Shown: positions 10,165-18,046 of the stretch, piece by piece
How positions within the stretch are numbered: position 1 is the first letter of the stretch
Layout: every line of letters begins with the position of its first letter
From: a virus
IMG/VR virus record: IMGVR_UViG_3300032213_003144
Span: 96,001-160,000 of that record
DNA: 64,000 nt
Reading direction: 5' to 3' (one strand)
Notes under the pieces: model-generated
Database searches by the model: none
What the model was told of the DNA's origin: nothing
What the model saw: the letters and a program-made list of their open reading frames with translations, nothing else
Translations under genes and position numbers: made by a program

Positions 10165-10500
10165 TTATACCTGTGTTCTGACGTTTGCATTGAGTGTTCT
10201 CATTGCGTCAATTGATGTTCTTAGGGATAGAAGTAATTCTCTCTTCGTTTTAACTAACGCCTCTGCGCACCTGTAGTCAAAATTTTGCTCGTCCATCTTG
10301 TAGTCCGCCCAAGCTTCTCGCTCCTTGATTGAACCCTTCGCGGATAAATATTCGCGAGCCCATGTTGACTTATAGAGCGCATCTTTTTTTGCAGCGTCCA
10401 TCGCTAAGGTTTCAAATTTTTCTGTTTCTGTTTCAAGTCTGTCTATTAGTCTTATAAGCTCTTGTTCAATTTCTACCTGGCTTATGGGTGATGTTCTCAT
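10165..10500 (-). CDS. Coiled-coil protein, UvsY-like recombination mediator candidate
   Basis: Start set to ATG 10500, which overlaps the ruvC stop (TAATG); helical 111 aa; function inferred from context. Confidence 0.45.
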   Translation of the reverse strand: MRTSPISQVEIEQELIRLIDRLETETEKFETLAMDAAKKDALYKSTWAREYLSAKGSIKEREAWADYKMDEQNFDYRCAEALVKTKRELLLSLRTSIDAMRTLNANVRTQV

Positions 10501-11027
10501 TATTCCCCTTTTTTCTCGATTGGCGTCCAATCTACCTTGGCTAGGGCATCCATGTTCTGTGCCGGCCAATTAAATCGTGGTTTACCTATGTGGGCCAAGC
10601 CCATCTCCTGCAGAACCCACGCGTCACATCTGTCATCAGCTCCAGGATTTTGCCAAACAATTCCAGTACGTGCTGATATAGACGAAATCACTTCATTTTT
10701 TGATGCGTTTCCTTTTCCGGTTGCAAACTTTGCTCGACACGTTGGGGGTATCGTTACGTAGGGAATTCCAATTTGCCACAGCAGTAGGCGAATCACCCCA
10801 CCGAGCTCTCCAATAGAGAAAGCCTGACCGCTGCGTGAAGCAAACGAGTAACCCTCAAGCATGACGGCCTTTACCTCGTATCTATTGATTAGGGATTCTA
10901 TTTCCCTTTTTACTAGCCAGAGTCTTTCTGGTCCAGACTTATTAAAAGAGATAACTCCAGATTCGTCGCCAAACGCATACCCAGTTGATGTTAGGGATAG
11001 GTCTAGTCCAAGAAAATCGTTTATCAC
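10500..11027 (-). CDS. ruvC: RuvC-like Holliday junction resolvase
   Basis: LGLDLSLTSTG, MLEGY, KFATGKGNASK, DDRCDA. Confidence 0.9.
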   Translation of the reverse strand: MINDFLGLDLSLTSTGYAFGDESGVISFNKSGPERLWLVKREIESLINRYEVKAVMLEGYSFASRSGQAFSIGELGGVIRLLLWQIGIPYVTIPPTCRAKFATGKGNASKNEVISSISARTGIVWQNPGADDRCDAWVLQEMGLAHIGKPRFNWPAQNMDALAKVDWTPIEKKGE

Positions 11028-11044
11028 AGTGACATACTAACCTA

Positions 11045-11085
11045 AAAGCAAAAACCCACCGAACATCCAGCGAGTTCGGTGGGTT
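11045..11085 (-). terminator. Intrinsic terminator
   Basis: 12-bp perfect inverted repeat 11053-11064 / 11074-11085, followed by U-rich sequence on the - strand. Confidence 0.8.
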
Positions 11086-11198
11086 AAATTCGAACCGTTT
11101 GCGGCGGCTCAGAATCATTGCCGTGTAGGAACACTCGACTCTTGGACCACCGCCTTTCTTCCGTGAAGGGTAGATATCGGCTAGACGAATTAAGGTTA
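11045..11198 (-). ncRNA. Predicted structured small RNA with a 16S 3'-end complement
   Basis: -10-like TAACAT at 11210-11205; closing stem AAUUCG(ucu)AGCCG / CGGUUCGAAUU; contains AGAAAGGCGGUGGUCCA; ends in a terminator. Confidence 0.55.
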
Positions 11199-11254
11199 GC
11201 ACTTATGTTATGCACTAATAAGTGAAGAGCTTTTAAATAATGTTCCACTAAAGT

Positions 11255-11298
11255 AAAAAACGCAAAAGCCGAGTGAGTCTCCCCACCCGACTTTCGCG
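11255..11298 (-). terminator. Intrinsic terminator with GNRA loop
   Basis: CGCGAAAGUCGGGUGGG-GAGA-CUCACUCGGCUUUUGCG-UUUUUU; fully paired only on the - strand because of four G-U pairs. Confidence 0.85.
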
Positions 11299-11318
11299 CC
11301 TATAACGGTCCTAAGAAT
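11255..11318 (-). ncRNA. Predicted ~60-nt RNA antisense to 23S rRNA helix 69
   Basis: -10-like TATCGT at 11328-11323; then CUUAGGACCGUUAUAG (11315-11300); then a 17-bp hairpin with GAGA loop and U6. Confidence 0.65.
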
Positions 11319-11374
11319 TACAACGATACACCCGTACTAAATAGTGAAAGTGTTAATTATAAAACTATAAATAA

Positions 11375-11716
11375 TTATCTTTCCCAGCCATGTTTTGCTA
11401 ACCCTAAATCAAACGCAAGTTGAGGGTAATTACCAATTCTTACGTGACACAGCCTGCAAACTGCAAGTACATTTTCCTCATCAAGTATGGAGCCACCCTG
11501 AGAGCGTCTGATTATTTCGTGAACATCCCTACTGAGATGTTGGTTGTATGTCGTCTTGCCGTCGTGAGTTGCAAAAACTTTACAAGCCTCGCATGCCGGT
11601 CTTTCCCTTAGTATTTTTTCAACAAACTTACGCCGTTCGACATAAATCTCTTCGGTTTTTGCACTTCTTTTTTTAGGAGGGCCACTTCTCTTGATTGGTT
11701 TGTTTCTTCGAATCAT
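11375..11716 (-). CDS. HNH endonuclease
   Basis: CEAC...DVHEII.RSQGG...ENVLAVCRLCH. Confidence 0.85.
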   Translation of the reverse strand: MIRRNKPIKRSGPPKKRSAKTEEIYVERRKFVEKILRERPACEACKVFATHDGKTTYNQHLSRDVHEIIRRSQGGSILDEENVLAVCRLCHVRIGNYPQLAFDLGLAKHGWER

Positions 11717-11744
11717 TGGCGACCTCTATGCTCATGTTGTTTAC

Positions 11745-12254
11745 CTAGAGTGAATCCTCGCTAATGTCTTCGAATGTCCACTTGTTATCAAGAGTATCCC
11801 ACAGCGAACGGTCTATCGCCGTATCTTCTAGGTCAAAATCCCTGAGCATTGCTCTGTGCTTTGCTATTGCTCGCTTGAAGAACTCAACCTGTTCCCAGCC
11901 ATCGTTTTGCATTTCTTGGCCAGTCGAAATCATGACAGCAACTTCATCAAGCCTTCTATCAACATGAAATTTGAAGCGTTTAATTCTTGTTGCCTTGGTC
12001 TCGTAGTAGGAACCAGCTTCGCGAGTTAGCTTTGTTCCAGCCCTCCCTAGCGAGCCGTATCGTGCAAGGTCGGACTCTGAGTCAGCCTCTATATCGTCGA
12101 TTTGAAGTTGGAGATTATTGGATAGTGCGAGAAGTGCGTCTTTCCATTTTTCCCAGTTCTCCTGCTTCATTAATTCTTTTTTATGCAAAGGTGACAGTTT
12201 GTTTTTAACTTCTTCTGCAACCATGCGCGCAAAAGCATCGTCGTTCGTAATCAT
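11745..12254 (-). CDS. Hypothetical coiled-coil protein
   Basis: 169-aa ORF within the - strand operon. Confidence 0.7.
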   Translation of the reverse strand: MITNDDAFARMVAEEVKNKLSPLHKKELMKQENWEKWKDALLALSNNLQLQIDDIEADSESDLARYGSLGRAGTKLTREAGSYYETKATRIKRFKFHVDRRLDEVAVMISTGQEMQNDGWEQVEFFKRAIAKHRAMLRDFDLEDTAIDRSLWDTLDNKWTFEDISEDSL

Positions 12255-12264
12255 TTAATTCCCC

Positions 12265-13068
12265 TTATTTCCAGGCTGGACAAAAAGACTTGTATCCGCA
12301 CCATCCACACAAAACTGACTTCTTGGCTTCAAACTCCCCGGAGACACATCTTTCGTCTATTCCGGACTTTGTGTTTTGTATCTTCTCAACAACCCGACTA
12401 ACGTCAGATGGGGTTATCTGCATCTCAAAGCGAACTCCGTCTTTCAGGTACAAAAGTTCGGCTGATGATTCTTCTGATTCAATCCCGATGCTTGAAAGAA
12501 GCTGGGAATAAATAATCAATTGGAAGAACCTGTCTTGAAGGTCTGATTTGCGTGGAGTTTTACCTGTCTTGTAGTCACTGATTTTTGGTGCTCCAGTAAC
12601 TGCGTCCTGAGTAAGTCGGTCGATGAATCCACGTATTTTGACTCCACCAATCCCACCACTAACGAAAGACTCAAGGCTATGAGGCGCTATTAACGCTGGG
12701 TCTTCAAGTCTCCAAAGGTTTTCAACACACCACCAAGCAGACCATCTGAATAGCTTTAGATTTTTGTCATCGGTCACAATCTCTTGAACCTGTACCGCCC
12801 ACTTTGTGTCCCACTGTTCTTTGGCAATTATTTTTGCTTGTTCCTGTGTTCTGAACTCTGGTGGGAGTTTGTACATTTCTTCAAGAATGTCGTGAACAAA
12901 GTTGCCGAGAAGAGCTTCTTTGCCACTTGGGTCCTTGATGTTGTCAATCTTGCTGTACTTAAATTTAAGCGGGCACTGATTAAATGTAGAGATGGATGAT
13001 GGTGATAGAAACTCTGGAGCTTTTAGTCCACCATTACTGTTACTTTGTGTCGACATATTTGCCACCAA
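12265..13068 (-). CDS. RecB/Cas4-like PD-(D/E)xK exonuclease
   Basis: LSPSS..F.QCP, GFIDRL, DYKTGK, QL..Y and C-terminal CGWC...CP. Confidence 0.9.
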   Translation of the reverse strand: MVANMSTQSNSNGGLKAPEFLSPSSISTFNQCPLKFKYSKIDNIKDPSGKEALLGNFVHDILEEMYKLPPEFRTQEQAKIIAKEQWDTKWAVQVQEIVTDDKNLKLFRWSAWWCVENLWRLEDPALIAPHSLESFVSGGIGGVKIRGFIDRLTQDAVTGAPKISDYKTGKTPRKSDLQDRFFQLIIYSQLLSSIGIESEESSAELLYLKDGVRFEMQITPSDVSRVVEKIQNTKSGIDERCVSGEFEAKKSVLCGWCGYKSFCPAWK

Positions 13069-13747
13069 ACTGAAGACGCAAGGCTTCTACTACGAGGGCC
13101 TGTAGGTCATCGAGTGACGCTGTTGTCTTCGTTGGCTTTGGCTTGCCGCCACTGTGCGTGGACCAGAACTCGTTGAGTTCATTCTTTTGCTCCTTGGTGA
13201 GCGCTTTTGTTATTTCAACAAAAGTATCCCACTTCTCTTCCAGCTCTGTTTTTGGTGCTACCTCAACTGGTTCTGCTTGGTGGGGTGTCGAGAAGCCGGC
13301 TTCCATTGCATCCTCAATATCCATCGCGTCTGCAGAGCGTGACAGGTAAAGGCCAACACCAATCAGTTGCGCAGCTTTTTTGAGCGCATCAGAAACTGCC
13401 ATTTTTCTTGAGTTTCCGTAATCCAACGGTTTCCCAGTTGCTTTGATTCTTTTTACTGGTGCTCCGCCAACGGCATGCTTTACGACTCTCTTGCCGTTTC
13501 CAAAATCAACAGTGAGGCTCACATGGGCACTCAGCTCATCGACATTTGTTGAAACTTCATCGCAGCTAATTATTTCGAACGACCAACCATCAACGCCGAG
13601 AACTTTGTTGAGACGATTTATGACTTCACTCACGGGGATGAACTTTAAGTTGACCCCAGAAAGATTCATGCTTTTTTCCATCTCCTCAGGGAATGGTGCG
13701 TAAAGCGCTTGGGTTATTGCCTGTTCGTTTACTTGTTGTTGTTCCAT
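13040..13747 (-). CDS. Rad52/Rad22-family single-strand annealing protein
   Basis: VINRLNKVLGVDGWSF...K.AVSDALKKAA..IGVGLYL. Confidence 0.9.
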   Translation of the reverse strand: MEQQQVNEQAITQALYAPFPEEMEKSMNLSGVNLKFIPVSEVINRLNKVLGVDGWSFEIISCDEVSTNVDELSAHVSLTVDFGNGKRVVKHAVGGAPVKRIKATGKPLDYGNSRKMAVSDALKKAAQLIGVGLYLSRSADAMDIEDAMEAGFSTPHQAEPVEVAPKTELEEKWDTFVEITKALTKEQKNELNEFWSTHSGGKPKPTKTTASLDDLQALVVEALRLQFGGKYVDTK

Positions 13748-13775
13748 AGTTGGTTCTATCTCCTATTTCTAGTGG

Positions 13776-14267
13776 TTATTTTGCTTTGCGAACAATGATG
13801 CTTGTTTTGAGGTCGCCGACTTCACAGTAGTTGTCTGGATTAATGCCAATTTTATTGAGTTCTTTAACTCTCCAGTACGATGGCGCGCAATAGGTCAGCA
13901 TGTCAAGAGCGATTTCTTGTGGAGACTTTGTAATCTCACCAGTATCCATGTCTACGGACATCTTCATCAACTTGTCCGCAACCGCAGAACCAAGGTCTTT
14001 GTGCTTCCAGCCCTTGCGCTCGTATGACGAGTTCTTTTCAATTTTGATTCCGCTTGCAAGATTGACCTCTTGCTCATCGCCAATGATTCTTCCCATTGCA
14101 TAAACGTAAGAATCGTAAGCAGTTGCTAAATCGCGCTTCAAGAAATTCAACTCAGCCAGTAACTCGCATGCCTCTGTGACATCTGGATTTGAGTCTGCGT
14201 ATTCCATGAGTTCTGAATCAAGCTCAGCGACGAGCTTTTTAATAAGGTCTAATTTTTCATTGTTCAT
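13776..14267 (-). CDS. Hypothetical protein
   Basis: 163-aa ORF in the operon with an upstream SD-like AAGGA. Confidence 0.7.
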   Translation of the reverse strand: MNNEKLDLIKKLVAELDSELMEYADSNPDVTEACELLAELNFLKRDLATAYDSYVYAMGRIIGDEQEVNLASGIKIEKNSSYERKGWKHKDLGSAVADKLMKMSVDMDTGEITKSPQEIALDMLTYCAPSYWRVKELNKIGINPDNYCEVGDLKTSIIVRKAK

Positions 14268-14299
14268 TTTTAATATTCCTTGTGGTAGTGGGTCTATCT

Positions 14300-15613
14300 C
14301 TAGAGCAGTATAGAAACTTTTCTCCTCTGAGGCAACCCCAGGCCAGTTAAAAATGTGAAAGCTCCAGTAGCGGAGTCAACCTGGTCGTCGTGGTCGCAAG
14401 ATTCAGGAAAAGACGAGAATTCGTCTAGCCAGTTGGATAGCCATGGAGCCCTAACGACCCTCACGTTTCCATTTGCAACAGCAGCCGCGAATGGTCTTGC
14501 TCTGGTTTCTTTATCTCCAGTTGACCGTATTGCGGAGAAGTCATAGCCAGGAAGGACGTATCTTGCGTACTGGTCGGCTAGGGCCTTGCCAGACGAGCCT
14601 GGTTCCTGCTCCATTCGTATCGCCACGCCATGCCCGTCCTCTAGTGCTGTTTGGGCTAGAAGCTGCTCAACCTTCTCTCCTCGGACACGGGCTCTCCGTA
14701 CGTCAAGAACGTAGGATATGCCCTCATCAAGCAGCATAAGGGTCCCTACGGTCCAGTCAGGGTCAGGGTTTGAAGATGTTGGCTCTGATGCTGCCAAGTC
14801 CCAGAATCGAACAACTCGCGCAGAACTGGTTATTGGAGGGAGTTCGGCCGAATCAATGATAACGAACCCTGTTCTATCAAATAGGGTGCCGAGCGTTGTG
14901 CTCCACCAGTCGCCCTCCTCTAGTCGTCTGCGTTCAATTGGGTCTAGGGCCTGAAGGGCTTGGCGATATGAAACAGCATCAATTCCTGGGTTATCTGTCA
15001 GTTTTGAAGGAACGAAGATTCTCCCCTCCTGGCGGCCCTCAACGATAAATCGCTGCCTAACCCAATTGGGTGCTGGGTTTGAGGCACATCGCATTCTAAG
15101 GGGAATCTGAGAAACTGGTCCGCTATTTGGACGGCGCAATCGTGAGAAGAGGTATCTATAGTCTGACTCTCGTATTTCAGTGACTTCATCCATCCCTATA
15201 AATTGGAACTCTGAACCCTTATAACGAAGGTAGTCATTGACATTGTTCAGGTAACCGAAAGATACCCTGGCTCCAGATGGGAAGGTAGCGATAAACGTAT
15301 TGCTATTCCAGTGGATGTCATCGTAGTTTGCCATCCATGTCTTGAATCGGTCCATCAACGCTCCAGGGAGCGACAAGTCAGCAAAAGTTCTACGGAAGAG
15401 AATTGCCGAATAACCAGGAATATCTACGTATTGAAGTGCCGACATTAGTAGTGCTGAAGATTTGCCACCACCAGCAGCGCCTCCAAAAAGGGCTTCAAGT
15501 GCGTGCGTTCTGAGAAAAACCTTTTGATTGAGTGATGGCTCCTCAGGACAGAACGGAGTCTCCTTTGGCGTGAGGTACTTAAGCACCTCGTCCCAATTTG
15601 GTTTATTAGCCAT
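14300..15613 (-). CDS. terL: Terminase large subunit
   Basis: Walker A GGAAGGGKS, Walker B IGMDE, coupling motif ASNP, nuclease WDLA and HDDQVD. Confidence 0.95.
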   Translation of the reverse strand: MANKPNWDEVLKYLTPKETPFCPEEPSLNQKVFLRTHALEALFGGAAGGGKSSALLMSALQYVDIPGYSAILFRRTFADLSLPGALMDRFKTWMANYDDIHWNSNTFIATFPSGARVSFGYLNNVNDYLRYKGSEFQFIGMDEVTEIRESDYRYLFSRLRRPNSGPVSQIPLRMRCASNPAPNWVRQRFIVEGRQEGRIFVPSKLTDNPGIDAVSYRQALQALDPIERRRLEEGDWWSTTLGTLFDRTGFVIIDSAELPPITSSARVVRFWDLAASEPTSSNPDPDWTVGTLMLLDEGISYVLDVRRARVRGEKVEQLLAQTALEDGHGVAIRMEQEPGSSGKALADQYARYVLPGYDFSAIRSTGDKETRARPFAAAVANGNVRVVRAPWLSNWLDEFSSFPESCDHDDQVDSATGAFTFLTGLGLPQRRKVSILL

Positions 15614-15667
15614 CGGATTTACATTCCCTAATGTCGTAACTCGTGTTTATAGGCTACTGTATGTTAT

Positions 15668-15868
15668 ATGCCCAAACTGAGCACTTTGTCCAATAAGTTC
15701 AAGTCCGTAATAAAACCCAGACTAAATAGACGTACGTTCGCTAATCTGTTCATGGTTTCATTTATACTATGTACAAGTATTGGAGCAGGTTTAATATTCC
15801 CGCCAGCGGGATTAGTGGTTGCCGGACTGACGTGCGGTCTATTTGGTTTATTGTTAGGACTTGAGTAA
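15668..15868 (+). CDS. Small membrane protein preceding the portal
   Basis: 66 aa with two hydrophobic C-terminal segments. Confidence 0.7.
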   Translation: MPKLSTLSNKFKSVIKPRLNRRTFANLFMVSFILCTSIGAGLIFPPAGLVVAGLTCGLFGLLLGLE

Positions 15869-15871
15869 AAT

Positions 15872-17950
15872 ATGGCTTGGAATTCATCCGAAAATAAGTC
15901 TGCTGGTCAAAAGCAGACTAAATCCGCCATTGGTTACGGCGCGCCCGTATCAAGTAACCCAAGTTACACGGATAAGCCATACAGGGACTCGTGGGATATT
16001 GAGCGTGCCTATAGAGAGGGCATGCAGAAAATTACCTGGGTTAACAGGTGTATAGATGCAATTGCTGGGAACCAAGCAAGACTTCCGATAATTCTAAGAA
16101 AAGACAATTCAAAAGACGGCGAAATCGTAGTCGGCCGTGAGGCCAAGCGTTCTTCATTGCTTGAGCTCCTCAACGTTAAATCAAATATCGGCGAGAACTC
16201 TTTTATTTTCAGATACAGACTTTCTGCCCAGTTACTACTTGGTACGCGCGGAGCATTTATCGAAAAGATTCGCGGACGAGATGGTGGCGTTATTGGGCTG
16301 AACCTTCTTCCGCCACAGTCAACTGCACCAATTCCTGACGCTAGAACATTTGTTTCTGGGTACGAAGTGCAGATGCCTTACGGTAAAAAAGTAATAATGA
16401 AGCCAGAGGATGTTGTCTGGATTAGAAGGCCTCACCCGCTAGACCCATATCTGTCGCTAACTCCATTGGAAGCATCTGGAGTTGCCGTAGAAATAGAAAA
16501 CCTAGCCAAGTTGTACAACAGAAACTACCTGCTTAATGACGGAAGACCTGGTGGATTACTTGTTGTCAGAGGTGAGATTGACGAAGACGATAAAGAGGAA
16601 TTACGCAATAGATTTAGGGGTAATTTAGGGAAAACTGGGCACACAACAGTTATCGCTGCAGACGAAGGTGTTGACTTTGTTGATACTTCGGCAAACCCAA
16701 GAGACGCTGCCTACATACAAATGCGTCAAATTACAAAAGAAGAAATTCTTGCTGCGTTTGGAGTTCCAGAATCAGTAATTGGAAATGCCTCAGGACGAAC
16801 GTTTAGTAACTCATCTGAAGAGATTAGAGTTTTCTGGGTAGAGACAATGTTGCCTCACTTGGAGCCAATAGCAAGAGCTCTCGATGAACTTGACGAAAAG
16901 TATTACCTTGACTTTGACACAAGCGAAGTTCCAATTTTGCTGCTTTACAAACAGGAACGTGAAAGATACCTAAAAGACGAATTGGGCCAAGGTCTCATCT
17001 CTGTGAACGAATACAGAATTGCGAGCGGAAGAAAAGAAGTTGAAGCAGACCTCGCTGATTCATTACTCATGAATCCGAACCTGATTCCTATTGCTAATAC
17101 AAAAAAGAAGATGGAAGAGAATGCCGCCCAGATACCCGGTGGCGCTCCTGGGGCACCAGGAATGCCTCCAATGCCAGGTATGCCACCAGTTCCAGGTATG
17201 CCACCAGTTGAGGGCGCAGTTCCACCACTTGACCCAAATACGATGCAAGGTGCAATGGCTGAAGTTGCAGCCGGTGGTGCTGGTGACATGGCTCAGACTA
17301 CGCTCCCACCAGAAGTGGCCGGAATGGCACCAGCAACTGGAGCAGCCCCAATACCGCAAGGCATGGCTAGCGACCCACAAGATGGTTTTCAGTACAAAAC
17401 AGCACTGACCGAGGATTTTGATAAATCGGAAATGGCGATTGAGCGCTGGTCAGAAATTCTCTCCAGAGGAATCGAGAGGGTCGTTGAAAGACAGCAAAGG
17501 GTTGTTCTGGAAAAGGCTGGCAGCAGCAAGTCCAAGAAAGCTCTGATGTCTGGGACTCTTGACCTTGATTCAATTTTCGCCACAGATACATGGAACAAGC
17601 AAATGGAAGACGACTTGCGTCCTGTTATTTCCGCAATAATCAATGACTCTTTTGAATTTAGAAAAGAATCGTATTCTCAAAAAGGACTCAAGCCGAGAAC
17701 AATTGCGCCTGCGACAATTAAGAAAAATATCGATTCACAGATATCAAGAATCATCTCAATCAACTCAGGTATTCGTTCTTCAATGGAAGAAATGATGATG
17801 AAATCATTCTCCCACGCTGGAGAAGAGCAAAGATTTTCCGTCTTTAGAGAAGAGCTTGTGGGCATGTACGCAAACATTCTTGCCAAGGACCAGTTGGAAA
17901 TTTCAGAAACTGAAGCAAAAAATGCATGGACGTTTGGACAGGTTGGATAG
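15872..17950 (+). CDS. Portal protein (HK97 type) with Pro-rich linker and C-terminal extension
   Basis: WVNRCIDAIA, LSLTPLEA, NDGRPGG, EILAAFGVP, ISVNEYR. Confidence 0.95.
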   Translation: MAWNSSENKSAGQKQTKSAIGYGAPVSSNPSYTDKPYRDSWDIERAYREGMQKITWVNRCIDAIAGNQARLPIILRKDNSKDGEIVVGREAKRSSLLELLNVKSNIGENSFIFRYRLSAQLLLGTRGAFIEKIRGRDGGVIGLNLLPPQSTAPIPDARTFVSGYEVQMPYGKKVIMKPEDVVWIRRPHPLDPYLSLTPLEASGVAVEIENLAKLYNRNYLLNDGRPGGLLVVRGEIDEDDKEELRNRFRGNLGKTGHTTVIAADEGVDFVDTSANPRDAAYIQMRQITKEEILAAFGVPESVIGNASGRTFSNSSEEIRVFWVETMLPHLEPIARALDELDEKYYLDFDTSEVPILLLYKQERERYLKDELGQGLISVNEYRIASGRKEVEADLADSLLMNPNLIPIANTKKKMEENAAQIPGGAPGAPGMPPMPGMPPVPGMPPVEGAVPPLDPNTMQGAMAEVAAGGAGDMAQTTLPPEVAGMAPATGAAPIPQGMASDPQDGFQYKTALTEDFDKSEMAIERWSEILSRGIERVVERQQRVVLEKAGSSKSKKALMSGTLDLDSIFATDTWNKQMEDDLRPVISAIINDSFEFRKESYSQKGLKPRTIAPATIKKNIDSQISRIISINSGIRSSMEEMMMKSFSHAGEEQRFSVFREELVGMYANILAKDQLEISETEAKNAWTFGQVG
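17156..17209 (+). repeat. 18-bp tandem repeat x3 encoding PGMPP(M/V)
   Basis: ccaggaatgcctccaatg / ccaggtatgccaccagtt / ccaggtatgccaccagtt. Confidence 0.9.
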
Positions 17951-18046
17951 TTTCACTAAACTATTTCTGTAAAACATTCACTTTTTTTAAATACTTACAT
18001 TCTGGAACATGTTTTTCGTTTAATATCGACTAGCAGCCGAGAGAAG

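Noticed and set aside
10942-11202. 86-aa ORF across the structured intergenic region
   Set aside because: It runs through a terminator hairpin and overlaps ruvC out of frame; an RNA interpretation fits better.
11143-11315. rRNA gene or fragment
   Set aside because: Only isolated 16-17-nt matches are present and the flanks do not resemble rRNA.
12265-13068. CRISPR-Cas locus suggested by the Cas4-like nuclease
   Set aside because: No repeat-spacer array or other cas genes were seen; the context is a recombination pair with a Rad52-like protein.
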